Below, in pieces: positions 14,704 to 25,021 of a stretch of DNA of 64,000 nucleotides. Position numbers and translations under genes: made by a program. Each line of letters begins with the position of its first letter. The first letter of the stretch is position 1. Under the pieces are notes generated by a model. That model saw only the letters and a list, made by a program, of their open reading frames with translations, did no database searches and was not told the origin of the DNA. The DNA comes from Schmidtea polychroa. Taxonomy: Eukaryota. The stretch spans positions 8,558,001 through 8,622,000 of the forward strand of contig CM097885.1 in the NCBI GenBank assembly GCA_044892525.1, read 5' to 3'.

Positions 14704-17141
14704 ATTCTTTAATAGAAAACGTTATGAATGTTCGAGAAAAATTTCAGGAATTTGGTAAATTTTAATTTATTTATTAATTAATTTATTAATTAATTTATTA
14801 ATTAATTTAGATAATATTAATGAAGACAATTTAAAATCAAAGATTACAGGAAATTTGAAAAGAAAAAGTAAACATAATTTTTAATTTATTGATTTAATTA
14901 ATTAATAATTTAGGTAATACGAATAAAGAGAAAAATTATGTCAATGTGTCAATAAATCGAAATGAAAATTTACAATGTAAGTATTGATTACTTTTTTATA
15001 ATTTAAAGGAAATTTAATGTAATTTTTTATTTAAGTAAATGTTAATATTTTTAATTTAGTAAATTTTTATTTTTTAGTAAATAAAATTTGTAAAATAATA
15101 ATAATTTGCAAATTTTTGCGTAAACATTTATTAAAATATTTCATTTAAATTATATTTTTTTTTATAGGTATACTTTATCCAAATTATTGTTCATCGAAAG
15201 AACATGATAATAATTGCCATTCTATAATGGAGAATTATTATACGAAAAAATATTATAATAAAACTTATTTTATATGTCCCGTATGTAAGACTAGTGACCC
15301 TGTAACATATAGCGTTTTTTATAATAAACATAAAAATCATTTAGATAGGTTTAATTTTAAAAAAGATGTTGTTTTTAAACGACCTTTGACTATAGAAAAA
15401 AATATTACTAATAAAAAAATTAAATTAGATACTTCTTCTTTTGAATCCCAGGTCGGATTAGAGGTTGAATCCCAGGATGGATTGTCTTTTGTTGAATCCC
15501 AGGTCGGATTGTCTTTTGTTGAATCCCAGGTTGGATTGCCTTTTGTTGAATCCAATGATGGATTGGTTGTTGAATCCCAGGTCGGATTGGTTGTTGAATC
15601 CAATGATGGATTATTCACTTCCTTTGATTCTTGGGATGGATTAAATATAATACAAATAGGGGGTAATGTTCCCATAATACAAAAAGATCTAAGGGGTACC
15701 CATCAAATATTAAGTTTAAATACTAGCGACTTAAATATAAAGGAAATAATATTTCCTGAACAATTAATTATAAAATTACGAGATATTATTAACGAATTAG
15801 GCTCCGTCAAAATTCAATTCGGAATAACAATCGAATTTGAAAAAGACGGGGAAATAAAGGTTAATAATATCTCAAATTATGCAAAGCCTTTAACTGCATC
15901 ATTTTTTGATGAAGGCATTAAGGAACTAAATGAGAAAATTATTAATATTACCGAGTTAGGAAGTAGTTGAATTAAAAAAAATATAACAGAAATCCACTTC
16001 ACCATAACAAAAATAAGTAGGTTAAGTAGATTAAGTGGTAGGAGTTTCATTGAAAGACCTACTTATCTAAAAAATAAATATTGTTTAATTAATATAAACA
16101 ACACTGATGATTCATGTTTTTATATAGCATTTTAGCTATTTTAAAATATGATGAGGTTAGTAGTTATGCTAGAAATAAGACATCGAGTTATAATTTATCT
16201 GACTTAGTATACGACCCGTTAGAATTACCTATGAAATCAAAAGACATTAAGAAATTTGAATCTAAAAATCCGGGTTTAATAATTAATGTTTTTTCATATG
16301 ATAATAGCAAACAATTAACTGATAATTATGTATTAAAACATCCACATTTAGACATTATACATCGTTCCAAAGTTTTAAATGGAACTGTAATTAATTTACT
16401 ACTATTAAATAAAGGAAACAATTTCCATTACGTTGCTATAAGTAATTTAAATAGGTTACTGAATTGTGGTATCAACACTACTTATCCTACACGCATACAA
16501 TCATTATGGTGCCATCGGTGTTTGAATGGGTTTAGGTATAAACACGCACTGGAAAAACATGAAATATTATGTAAACGTAATCAATTAGGAACAACTCTTT
16601 ACACTTTCCCTCAAAATAAATTATTGCAGTTTATTGACTGGTCAAAAACAGTAACTCCTCCTTTTGTAGTTTATGCCGATTTTGAAGCTATTTTACCTTT
16701 TGATAATGTTCATTTCCAACGACACATGCCAATATCTGCTGGTCTTTTACTTGTAAATAACTTTGACGGATCTAAATCATATCAACAGTTCATAGGTTTA
16801 GATTGCGTCGAGAGTTTTTTAAGTGCTATAGAGGATATAACATTAAATAAGGTTCTTCCTTTTTATTATAAAATGGGTAGGAAACCAATGATTAAATTAA
16901 CGAAAATTGAACAACGTCAATTTGTTAGTGCATCTGTTTGTTATCTTTGTATGAAATCTATCGTCGATCCTGTTAGAGATCACGATCATTTTACGGGGAA
17001 ATACTTGGGTGCAGCTTGTAGCACATGTAACATAAATAGGAAAATAAATAAAAAAAGGAATCTTCCCTTATAATTTCGCTACATCTTTAGATATTCTCCA
17101 AACTACTTATGAATTACCACCAATCTGGGAAGGTGTCACTG
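14703..17141 (+). pseudogene. pPolB 5' part (plus arm) with three upstream phase-1 micro-exons
   Basis: Near-identical to the minus arm. Exons ..14754, 14811-14867, 14914-14976 and 15168.. splice in frame. Lesions are a TGA at 15968, frameshifts, and a ~265-bp deletion at ~17055 that removes ExoII. Interrupted at 17141 by the viral insertion. Confidence 0.85.
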
Positions 17142-17323
17142 TGTTTGCGGTGTGCTTCTCTTTATGAACTTGGGAAATGGGGGGGGGGGCGTCGGGGGGC
17201 TCCTATATCTATAGCACGCCATGGCGTGCTTATTAATAAACCATGGTTTATTATGAGATATAGGGGCCCCCGACGCCCCCCCCCATTTCCCAAGTTCATA
17301 AAGAGAAGCACACTGCAAACACA
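17140..17323. repeat. Left terminal Y-shaped hairpin
   Basis: A ~70-bp stem (TGTGTTTGC..CCTATATCT / AGATATAGG..GCAAACACA) encloses two palindromic arms, AGCACGCCATGGCGTGCT and TAATAAACCATGGTTTATTA. Confidence 0.95.
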
Positions 17324-17741
17324 TGACTGCGTGGGAGTTTATAAAACATATATAGTAAAGTACAGGCAGATGCGTTTTCCAAGAATGGCATAGTAATAAA
17401 TGCCTTTACTTTACTATAATATTTTTAATGATGAGTCATAAAACAATGACTGCGTGGGAGTTTATAAAACATATATAGTAAAGTACAGGCAGATGCGTTT
17501 TCCAAGAATGGCATAGTAATAAATGCCTATACTTTACTATAATATTTTTAATGATGAGTCATAAAACACATTAATCAATAATATATAAACACACTAACTC
17601 GTTTATCTATCATTTACAAATGAATAAGAGTTTATAAAACATATATAGTAAAGTACAGGCAGATGCGTTTTCCAAGAATGGCATAGTAATAAATGCCTTT
17701 ACTTTACTATAATATTTTTAATGATGAGTCATAAAACACAA
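17323..17741. repeat. Three copies of a ~120-bp sub-hairpin ITR unit (single inverted copy at ~22855-22978)
   Basis: Near-identical units, each with an 18-bp inverted repeat, a GGCAT-N8-ATGCC stem-loop and ATGAGTCAT. Confidence 0.93.
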
Positions 17742-17765
17742 AACTAAAATTTATTAAATAACAAA

Positions 17766-20642
17766 TTAAGTGTCCGAAAATCCTGCACGCATACCAAAAT
17801 TAGTCCAGTGTGGTTTCTGAAATCTTGCGACATTATGTTTTACCATGGGAAATATGTCATCTTCTGTTGGTGTTTCGTCAGACCGAATCCAATAATAAAA
17901 CGGTGTACAATAAGGAACAGATGGAGTCATCCATTTAGTTGTTGGCTGCCACCATAAACCGTCTTTACTCTGTAATTCTTCTTTCGAATATATTCGACGA
18001 ATATTAATAGCTGGAATTTTCCCATACATTTCTATAGTATACGATATCTTCCAATTAAATGTGCAAGTTAATTGAATTTGATTTCCACTAGGACCAATTA
18101 TAGTATTAAGTTTAATGAATAGCGTAGGCATGGGATTATGTTCAGATACATCAGGGGCTTCTCAAGTTTTACGATATTCGTCGACAGCTATAGCTTCTTC
18201 TGTAAACCATCTATCAGCAAGTTCTGACTTATCTGCAGGCTTCATTTTTTTATGAACTGTATTGATCGTAGCTGCAAAATCATAAGTCACATTAGAATCA
18301 GCATATTTTCTAGTCCATTTATGATATCGAATTTTAGAAGGATAAGGAGCAACTCGTTTATCAGAAGTTCGAGTACTTCTTCCTAACGCACACATGTAAC
18401 TAAATGGTTTAACTACTTTACAATTAAAATAATCAAAGCGATTCCAAAATACTGGATCTGTATCTTTTAAATTGGGATCTGCCAAATCAGTTCTTTGATG
18501 CCACATTTCTGTAATATACCTGGGATATTTAACTTTCGATGCTGTATAATCATACTCAATACTTTCTCCAGTATTACAATTAATAATTTCAACTTCCGGA
18601 CATGTCTCACATATATATATCCATCCTGCTTTAGGCAACATTTGAGGTGTTAATTTAGACAATTGATTATTGACATTATAACCATTAAGTAAACTGGCTT
18701 CATTCAAAAAATAGTCTTTATAGGCTTTTGCTTTATTTTCGGGCATAGAACAGGGTCCGAATATATTCGCAGTGTCTTTATAAACCAACATTTCAACCTG
18801 ATTTTGTAATCCAGAAAAATTTTGTGGAGATGTTTCCCCAACGACCTGAATATTGAAGATTTCGTAGTGCATTGAGACTGGTTTCCACCATAAATATCTT
18901 TCCATTGCAGACCACAAATCCGGGTTACCGAACATAATATGAGGATAATAATATTCGAGCGGAATATTGTGCCATTCGCTTTGTTTGGTGGTGCCGATGC
19001 AAGAAGCTCCGCAATTGGTAGAGGTGAATTGCAAAGAGGTACCATCAAGGCTGGGTCGGAAGTCTCCTTGAGAATGTCTGAGTATTCCATTACCTCCACC
19101 AGAGCCGGGGACCCCAGAGGATGGGACAACGGGAGGAGCAGTTGTTGTTGACATTTCATGAACAGAAGAAATGATTTCTTTAATAGCTTGTTCAGTATAT
19201 AAGGACCCTCGTGTGCTCTCAACATGCTCTTTATGGCTATCTAGTATATGATTGGTTAATTCTTTATGATGTAATCTATTACGCACATCTACAGATAATT
19301 TCTTTGGCATCCGACGCACATATTCTTTAAGTTGTTCCTGTGTTGCCAATTTCCAGTCCTCGTGTTGATGAGATTGATGATGATTTATTTGATAGTAATA
19401 TTTTAATATCTGTAAATTTATCCTATTTAATTTCCGATCATGTAACATGTGATCATCAGGACCGTTACGATTGTACCATGTTTGGGCTATTTTATTATTT
19501 TTAATACTATGCAAATATGCGGTGAATTTATCATTTACATCTAATTTAGTTAATGATTTAATAGGGAGTTTTCGTGGTAATCGTCTTGTACTAGGATTCC
19601 AATAATGTCTGAATACTGTAGTTGTCCACTTGAATTGATTTTTACCATCAGGTGTCCATGCATACCATGAATTAGGTTCACTAGGATTATATGTTTGATA
19701 TGGATTTATCTTTTTGTGTTCCTCTGGTGTACGTAATATAAGATGTTCGTATAATTCTTTTTGAGGATCTTTTGAATCAAATTTAGGTAACTCCATTAAA
19801 TAATGCGTTTGAAACATGGCAGAAGTTAGAAATTTTGTAATGTTACCTTTGGAAGTTTCAACAAATTGCTCTAACATTCCTGGATTGTCATTAAAAGCTT
19901 TTCTTAATACATAATTATTATCGATTATTTCCTTTTTTATATCATTCTTATTCCACGGTATATTTACATTAGAATAACCATATAATTTTAACGCATTTAC
20001 ATAATATTTGGCTTTAGCTAAAAAGTATTCATATTGCTTACCAAACAAATTAGGGACATCTTTTGGCAATGGATTTTCGAAATTCTGATAACGATGAAAT
20101 TCATCTAAGATATTTTCTTCGGGAGACAAGTATTCGCTATAATCGAAATACCCATGATGTTCGCTTAAAGGCTTAAGATTATTCATTTCTTCTTCTGAAT
20201 ATTTTTCATATATATGTTCTCTTGGGTCCGGTAATACATATTCTTTATCAATAGATTCTTTTAAATGTTCTCCTATTACATCACCAGCTTCTACTAATCC
20301 TAGTATTGCAGCATCACTCATATTACCCCATTTAGATATTACTTTAGTATAAAAATTTTTACTTCTAAATAATGTAATAATTTTAGTAATTTGTGGATTG
20401 ATATATTTTCTATTTAAAAAATTAGTTATATTAGAGGTAAACTTTTGATTTAATGTAAGTGGCTTAAATAATTCACTAGTAAGAGATTTAAATGAATTCG
20501 AATGATATAATGGATTAAAACCAGAAGGTCTTTTCATGTCTGCTTGTAATTTTGTAATAAATTTTGATACATGTGGTTGTATAACCTGACTGTATAATAC
20601 AAATAACCTTTCACCAGCATTTATATAAGGAGAATTTGGCAT
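17766..20642 (-). pseudogene. Parvovirus-type capsid protein (VP) with one in-frame TGA at 18162-18164
   Basis: Gly-rich SSGVPGSGGGNG, then WKPVSMHYEIFNIQV (cf. parvoviral RPKxMxVKIFNIQV) and HNPMPTLFIK (cf. HPPPQIFIK). ORFs 18162..20750 and 17766..18131 are in the same frame, 10 codons apart. AATAAA lies just after the stop (17750-17755, minus). Likely major-VP ATG at 19154; the VP1 start is uncertain (20642, 20537 or later). Confidence 0.85.
18704..19225 (-). CDS. Overlapping alternative-frame ORF (173 aa) across the presumed major-VP start
   Basis: ATG-initiated and open for 173 codons in AT-rich DNA, with a hydrophobic stretch NIIILILCSV. Position resembles AAP/SAT. No sequence family recognised. 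Confidence 0.4.
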   Translation of the reverse strand: MLRAHEGPYILNKLLKKSFLLFMKCQQQLLLPLSHPLGSPALVEVMEYSDILKETSDPALMVPLCNSPLPIAELLASAPPNKANGTIFRSNIIILILCSVTRICGLQWKDIYGGNQSQCTTKSSIFRSLGKHLHKIFLDYKIRLKCWFIKTLRIYSDPVLCPKIKQKPIKTIF

Positions 20643-20644
20643 AA

Positions 20645-21944
20645 AATTTTTATAAGCGATCTCATAAACAACGATTATCCCGCGTACATAAAGTCTATAG
20701 CGACAGTGAAGAGCGGGGAAGCAGTGTATCTTCCGTATTGTCTGGCACATCTGTGTCCGATCTGCGAACTCCTACAAAGACTAGTTCGGTATCTAAAATC
20801 AAGCGATCTTCTAAGCACGTTTCCCGTAAACATAAGGCAAGGAGACACAATGATTCTGAGCATTGTGATATACCAGCTGTCAAAGCTGTTGATCAGTTGG
20901 TTTCAGATAATAAAACTCAAAATAATCATCAGGAACGATCAAGAAGATTTAACTCCTTCAAGTTCCAAGTATCTGTTACAAAATATCGATCTCTGGAGCC
21001 GGAACTTAAAAAACTCATGGAGGACAAGTCCTTTACAAGATTCGTTATCGGTCAAGAAGAGGAAGGTGATAATGGATATCACCATATGTAAATGTATTGG
21101 GAGGTATTATTATATTTATTCAATTTAGCTATTAATGGAATAAATATGATAATTACAGATTTACAACAACATGTCTATATATGCCTTTAGGGCAAAAACG
21201 GATATTCCCTTTGTCAGAGGAGTCCCAGGAATCGAACGGCAGTCCGCTATCGACTATGCAACAAAATCTGAGACAAGAGTTGCAGGAGGATTATCTGTAA
21301 ATATTGGGACTCAAAGTAAATACAATTGTGCATCTAATATAGATTATTTCAAACAAGCACTGAATTCTGCCTCGATGAAAGATGGATTAAATATTCTTAT
21401 GCAACACGAAGCTTTTCACTACACAACAAAGAGAAAAACCATAATGGAAACTTTCGTAAATAAATTCGGTCAATCAACTATGCCAAATTTTAATGACAAT
21501 TTTCTAATTGATAAAATAAATTTATTGGATTGGAGAAGCCACGTGTTTGTAGGAGAATTTGGCATAGGTAAAACCAATTTCGCCTTATCACATTTTAAGA
21601 ATCCGGTGCATTGTAAACACCTTCAAATGCTTAACAGAATTTCGGATAATGTTGATAAATGCGACGGAGTAGTGTTCGATGATCTTTATTTCAACAAAAC
21701 TCGAATAGAAGAATTTCTTTCGTTGGTAGATTGTGCATACGAGAATGTCATAAATATCAAATATTCGGTAGCTGTAGTTCCAAAGGGATTGTCCAGAATA
21801 TTTTGTATAAACGATTTGGACTTATTCTATCCAGAATGTATTTCACCAACAATAATGGAAGCTATACATAGAAGAATTAAAATTCATCATTTCCGAGGCA
21901 GAATTTTTAAAGAATACAAATCTGAACAAGTAAAATTTTTATAG
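20645..21944 (+). pseudogene. CRESS-DNA-virus-type Rep (HUH endonuclease + SF3 helicase), intron 21104-21158, one TAA at 21089
   Basis: Motif I-like FKFQV, then VIGQEE..GYHHM*MYWE (motif II HxQ if TAA was CAA), motif III IDYATKSETR, Walker A GEFGIGKT, Walker B VVFDD, motif C IFCIN and Arg finger AIHRRI. A 55-nt phase-0 GT-AG intron joins the frames. No in-frame ATG found; the frame is open from 20645. Confidence 0.85.
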
Positions 21945-22135
21945 TATTATTTATTAAATTAATATTAGACAATGAAACACCCGTATCAGATACAGAACCA
22001 ATGTCCCAGCCAAAATGTCGATTCCTCAGTATCCAGTGCAAATCCTGTATGAAATTCATGCGTATTTACTTGGGAGTGTGCAATAATAGTTTTTAGTGTT
22101 TAGTATATAATAATAAATGTTTTAAATAATAAATG

Positions 22136-22804
22136 TTAAAAGAAATTCTTTATTTTATCAAAAATATCATACTTAACATCATTCAATACATTTATATCTT
22201 CAAATACATTTATATGAGTATTAAATTCGTATGGTTTTTCTACAACGATATATAGAGAACGATTTTTAAGAGCTTGTTCATGCTCAGAGGCATATTTCCA
22301 TATAGGATGATTATTGGATATTATACAAGGGCAATTACTTAGTTCAATTTTTGAATCACCTTTACGAAAAACTTTTAGAAAAATATTACCTTCACATAAT
22401 AACTTTAATAAATTAACATTTTTGAAATCGCAATATATTTCTTCACCAATGATAATCTCTTTTCCGACACAGTCATCGAAACAAAATTCACTTTGAGTTT
22501 GTGCACCAGTAAAGAATCCATGTTTAAGTGTCCCACGACAAATTGCAGTAAATAATGTTTTCCCACCGTTACTTACTCCTTCTAATATAATGGTCTTGGT
22601 CTTTCCGGCTTGAGATGATAAGATTGTATATATCCCAAGAAGACGACGAATATATTTTTCATTTTCTTTAGGGATAATATGACGATTCTCAGAAATAATT
22701 TGATTAATTTGTCTATTGTGATCGCTGTTAAAATGGAAATTGTTGTTATTAATAAAAGCTTCCATAAAAGTTGATAATTCATTGTATAGTAATAGCTTAT
22801 TCAT
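22136..22804 (-). CDS. Stand-alone parvoviral NS1-type SF3 helicase (222 aa, no endonuclease domain)
   Basis: GKTKTIILEGVSNGGKT, EFCFDDCVGKEIIIGEE (cf. NFPFNDCVDKMVIWWEE), LKLLCEG..VFRKG and PCIISNN. Intact ORF with TATATAAA ~35 nt upstream of the ATG, next to the right ITR. Confidence 0.9.
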   Translation of the reverse strand: MNKLLLYNELSTFMEAFINNNNFHFNSDHNRQINQIISENRHIIPKENEKYIRRLLGIYTILSSQAGKTKTIILEGVSNGGKTLFTAICRGTLKHGFFTGAQTQSEFCFDDCVGKEIIIGEEIYCDFKNVNLLKLLCEGNIFLKVFRKGDSKIELSNCPCIISNNHPIWKYASEHEQALKNRSLYIVVEKPYEFNTHINVFEDINVLNDVKYDIFDKIKNFF

Positions 22805-22977
22805 TTGTAAATGATAGATAAACGAGTTAGTGTGTTTATATATTATTGATTAATGTGTTTTATGACTCATCATTAAAAATATTATAGTAAAGTAAAGGCA
22901 TTTATTACTATGCCATTCTTGGAAAACGCATCTGCCTGTACTTTACTATATATGTTTTATAAACTCCCACGCAGTCA

Positions 22978-23148
22978 TGTGTTTGCAGTGTGCTTCTCTT
23001 TATGAACTTGGGAAATGGGGGGGGGGGCGTCGGGGGGCCCCTATATCTCATAATAAACCATGGTTTATTAATAAGCACGCCATGGCGTGCTATAGATATA
23101 GGGGCCCCCCGACGCCCCCCCATTTCCCAAGTTCATAAAGAGAAGCAC
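22978..23148. repeat. Right terminal Y-shaped hairpin (inverted copy of the left, outer end truncated by about a dozen nt)
   Basis: Reverse complement of 17140-17323 with only a few substitutions and G/C-run length differences. Confidence 0.95.
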
Positions 23149-24811
23149 TCAGGAGATTTGGGTAGAAACTAATTGCGTAACTTTATTAGATTATATGATG
23201 ATCTACTTGAAACTTGATTGTTTTCTTTTGGCTGATTTCTTTCATCAGTTTCGGTTGAAATCTATTGCTCACAATAGATTGGAACCATTGAATTATTTCG
23301 GAATTCCAGGTATGTCTTGGTCTTCTGCATTAATGTCTTTAAATGAACCAATTGAGCTCATAACTGAAAACGAAATGTTTAGCTTTTATGAGGGTCGAAT
23401 AAGAGGCGGTCTTACTTTTGTGAATAAGCATTACGTAAAAACCAATGAGAACACCGAGTTACTTTATATAGATATTAATAATCTTTATGGTTGGGCTTTA
23501 AGTCAATCATTACCTTGTGGCGAATTTAGTTGGGTTCTTGATGGATTTGATTTAATAATGGATGAATGTAGGAATTTAAATCTTGAATCTTTGTCTTATG
23601 GATACACTCTTGAAGTTGATCTTGTAATTCCTTCTGAGCTTCATGATAAGTTGAATGATTTCCCTGTAGCTGCTGAAAAAATGAAACCTGCTGGGTCTAA
23701 GGTTGAAAAATTATTATTAACTCATCTTCCAAAATCTAATTATGTGATTCATTGGAGATTATTAAAATTATATTTGGAACTTGGTGTTAAAGTAACACGT
23801 GTAAATAGGGGTGTAAGATTTAAGCAATCTCCAATTTTTAAAAAATATATAGATACAAATACAGAATTAAGGTCAAAAAGCATAAATAACTTAGATAAAA
23901 ATTATTATAAATTGTTAAATAACAGTTTATACGGCAAAACAGTTGAAAATTTAAAGAGAAGAATGAATCTTCGTCTTTGTACAACTGCCGGTAAATTAGT
24001 TAAATATTCTTCAAAGCCGACTTTTAAAAAATCTATTAAAATAGACGATAATTTAATCGCGGCATTATTGAATTCAGATTCTATATGTTTAGATAGACCA
24101 AGTTACATTGGTCAATCTGTACTTGATCTATCTAAACTTAGAATGTATGAATTGCAATATAAGGATCTGGAATCATTTCGCAATGAGTTTAATTGTAAAA
24201 TTAATATCGTTGCAGGTGATACAGATTCTTTTTTCCTCGAAGTCATTAACTGTAAACTTGAGGTTCTTTTACCTGCAATGATTCGAGATAATTTATTAGA
24301 TACTTCCAATTACAATAGTTGTCATTCCTTATATAGTAAGAACCTTGATTCTGTCATTGGAAAGTTCAAAGACGAGAATAAAGGTCTTAAATAAAAGGAA
24401 TGGGTTTTTCTTAGACCTAAATGTTATAGCTTGTTGGGTGATGAGGAAACAAGAAAGGCTAAAGGTGTAACATTGAAAGGTAGTGACATAAAACATCAGT
24501 CATACCTGGATTGTTATAACACTAACCAGATTTTTTCGATTCCTCAAACAAAAATAGCAAGCAAAAATCATCAAATTTTTACAATTAAAAACACTAAAAT
24601 AGCACTAACTAACAAAGATGACAAAAGGGTTTGGGTGGGGAAAAATACTAGTTTAGCATATGGGCATGTAAGATTAAGTTATTTAAATGTTGGAGAAATT
24701 GTTGGAGATGAATTTGATGAAGAAGATGTTGGAGAAGATATTGAAGAAGTTGTTGGAGAAGCTGATATTAATGACATTATTTTATCTGATAAAAATTGTT
24801 TTATTAAATAA
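23148..24811 (+). pseudogene. pPolB 3' part (plus arm), nonsense at 24392
   Basis: Resumes the pPolB sequence right after the virus. Motifs YIDINNLYG, KLLNNSLYGK, AGDTDS and DDKR..AYGH. Confidence 0.92.
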
Positions 24812-24970
24812 AATTTTATATCTTTACTTTTGTTCTTTATATGTGTTTGGTAAATTTTTATGTTTGTTATGTGTCTAGTTATTTTTATGTGTTTAGTTAA
24901 TGTTTAAATGTTTTGTTATGTGTCTAGTTATTTTTATGTGTTGTATAGTATTTGGTTGAAATATTATTAC

Positions 24971-25021
<51 letters not shown>

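Larger units (their letters stand above)
17142..23147. mobile_element. Endogenous, apparently full-length linear ssDNA virus (parvovirus/CRESS hybrid), ~6.0 kb
   Basis: Inverted terminal repeats with Y-shaped hairpins flank a parvoviral VP, a CRESS-type Rep and an NS1-type SF3 helicase. Comparison with the intact minus-arm pPolB shows the insert replaced 18 bp of target. Confidence 0.92.

Noticed and set aside
17109..17393. ORFs across the terminal hairpins (also 17136..17324, 22908..23123, 22990..23172)
   Set aside because: By-products of GC-rich palindromes; some cross the host-virus junction.
18162..21091. Alternative genetic code (TGA=Trp, TAA=Gln) or programmed read-through to explain the single stops in VP and Rep
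   Set aside because: TAA terminates VP, the helicase and host genes normally, each stop is one substitution from a plausible sense codon, and the TGA-GAA context is not a typical read-through signal. Point mutation is simpler.
21969..22096. Possible extra Rep exon after a 39-nt intron (21930-21968)
   Set aside because: Splice signals are plausible, but Rep already ends at 21944 and the added peptide has no recognisable motif; cannot be supported without transcripts.
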